Origin: Naegleria gruberi
Taxonomy: Eukaryota
Length of the DNA: 7,824 bases
Reading direction: 5' to 3' (one strand)
NCBI GenBank assembly: GCA_000004985.1
Contig: GG738986.1
The number at the start of each line of letters is the position of its first letter. Within the stretch, counting starts at the first letter, position 1. This document shows, piece after piece, positions 6,840 through 7,824 of this stretch. The position numbers and the translations under genes were made by a program. The notes beneath the pieces were generated by a model, which was given only the letters and a program-made list of their open reading frames with translations, was not told the DNA's origin and did no database searches.

Positions 6840-7819
6840 ATGGCCATTTCTTTCTTTTCAGTAACTTCAATTCTATCTGTCTTTTTGACAAAATACTTGA
6901 TGGATATGGGTGAATATTCATTTCATTTTCCATTAACTATGGCTTGGTTTCATTTGATTGTCTCATTGTTGTGTATTATTTGTACTTATAATTTAAATAG
7001 GTTGGTAATTGATTTATTCAAAGGTTGAAAAAAACTAATCATTTAATTAGAACTTGTTTTAGTTTCTTACCAGATTTTGAATTTAAATTTGATACAGCAG
7101 TACAAATAGCTCCTGTATCATTGTGTTATGTTGGAATGGTTACTTTTAATAATTTGTGTTTGGATTATGCAGATATTCACACCTACCACACTGCAAGAAG
7201 TATTAGTATTTGTTTCACGGTGATTTTCACATCAGTTTTATTGGGAGAAAAAGTTCAGAAGAGAATTATTGGAGCATGTTTAATGATTGCTATTGGATAT
7301 TTCATGACTGGATTTGAAGAATTACAACTTTCTAAAATGCAGTCGATTGGATTTGCTTTTGGATTGATGTCCAGTTGCTTTATGGCACTTTATTCAATTT
7401 ATTTGAAGAAATTAATGTCCTCCTCACACAGAAATCATTGGATTATTCTAATTTATAACGTTGTTTGTGCCATTTTGTTTTTATTCCCTGTTTGCTATTT
7501 TACAGGAGAATTTGAAAAGGCAATTTCTGTTAATTATTTATTTGAACCAAAGTTTTTAGCAATTCTCACAACAACAGCCCTAATAGCATACGTTGTAAAT
7601 ATTTCTAATTTCATGTTAATTAGTTATACCTCTCCATTGACTACTTCTGTCACTATTTCAATGAAATCTGTTGTGGAATCATTTTTATCATTTGCAGTTC
7701 ACAATACTCATGTTTCTACTTATGGATTATTGTCTTCTGCATTTACAGTAGTTGGAACCTATCTCTATTCATACTTTAAAGTGAAAGATAAGAGAGAATT
7801 TGAAGGATTAGTAGATTAG
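6840..7819 (+). CDS. Nucleotide-sugar transporter, SLC35C / GDP-fucose transporter-like (TPT/DMT superfamily). Exon 1 is 6840..7000, exon 2 starts at 7051 or 7063 and ends at 7819. About 305-309 aa.
   Basis: Exon 1: MAISFFSVTSILSVFLTKYLMDMGEYSFHFPLTMAWFHLIVSLLCIICTYNLN. Exon 2: ...FLPDFEFKFDTAVQIAPVSLCYVGMVTFNNLCLDYADIHTYHTARSISICFTVIFTSVLLGEKVQKRIIGACLMIAIGYF... ISYTSPLTTSVTISMKSV... It aligns with recalled human SLC35C1 ([54 protein letters not shown]...LTCGIIIGGF; FTSPLTHNVSGTAKA). The protein is multi-pass hydrophobic and the stop tag is at 7817..7819. The two ORF-track frames (6840 and 7025) overlap, which requires an intron or a frameshift. Confidence 0.85.
7001..7062 (+). other. Putative short intron of the SLC35C-like gene. 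Donor gttggt at 7001; acceptor AG at 7049-7050 (50-bp intron) or 7061-7062 (62-bp intron).
   Basis: Only a GT at 7001 (exon 1 ends in phase 2, ..aat ag) is phase-compatible with exon 2 starting at 7051 (ag+a gives R) or 7063 (ag+t gives S). Both restore an alignment to the SLC35C1 loop region. The gtaatt at 7005 is phase-incompatible with any nearby AG. The GTTGGT donor is weak, so a sequencing frameshift is the alternative. Confidence 0.45.
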
Positions 7820-7824
7820 CAACT

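Noticed and set aside
3799-6864. Very long ORFs on both strands (3799..6864 +, 4435..6777 -, 4445..6811 +, 4457..6817 -) consisting almost entirely of X residues
   Set aside because: They are produced by translating the 2297-N assembly gap. Only 3799..4464 (part of the 3480..4464 gene) and 6762.. are real sequence.
1-7824. Prokaryotic defence system, operon or CRISPR content implied by the task framing
   Set aside because: The window is eukaryotic, with spliceosomal introns, a LINE retrotransposon, a mitochondrial carrier, a Golgi nucleotide-sugar transporter and Asn-homopolymer proteins. No direct-repeat or spacer array and no bacterial gene signatures are present.

Overview
This window is eukaryotic nuclear DNA from a draft scaffold, not a prokaryotic locus. 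It is AT-rich and encodes Asn-homopolymer-rich proteins. It has short GTAAGx...YAG introns, one following a 15-nt first exon. It contains two runs of N (50 and 2297 nt) that are assembly gaps. Composition and gene style suggest a dictyostelid-like amoebozoan, but that is inference. No CRISPR array, operon or bacterial defence system is present.

From left to right the window contains:
1. A minus-strand ADP/ATP-translocase-like mitochondrial carrier gene, absent from the ORF track (1..722; the C-terminus runs off the left edge).
2. A 5'-truncated L1-like non-LTR retrotransposon ORF2 fragment on the minus strand (900..2231). It carries the RT thumb, an RNase H domain and a CX2CX7HX4C knuckle, and fills the divergent intergenic space.
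3. A plus-strand Asn-rich hypothetical ORF (2213..2926), broken by the 50-N gap.
4. A convergent minus-strand hypothetical ORF (2918..3460). Its 3' portion contains a GC-rich hairpin.
5. A plus-strand gene (3480..4464+) with a mini first exon, a 118-bp intron and a CSCxVCGR motif reminiscent of the Nst1 family. It runs into the 2.3-kb gap.
6. A clear SLC35C / GDP-fucose-transporter-like nucleotide-sugar transporter gene (6840..7819) with one small intron.

The most interesting observations are that the ANT-like carrier has all three PX[DE]XX[KR] gate motifs degenerate and lacks part of repeat 1, and that an apparently intact LINE ORF2 fragment lies directly upstream of it.
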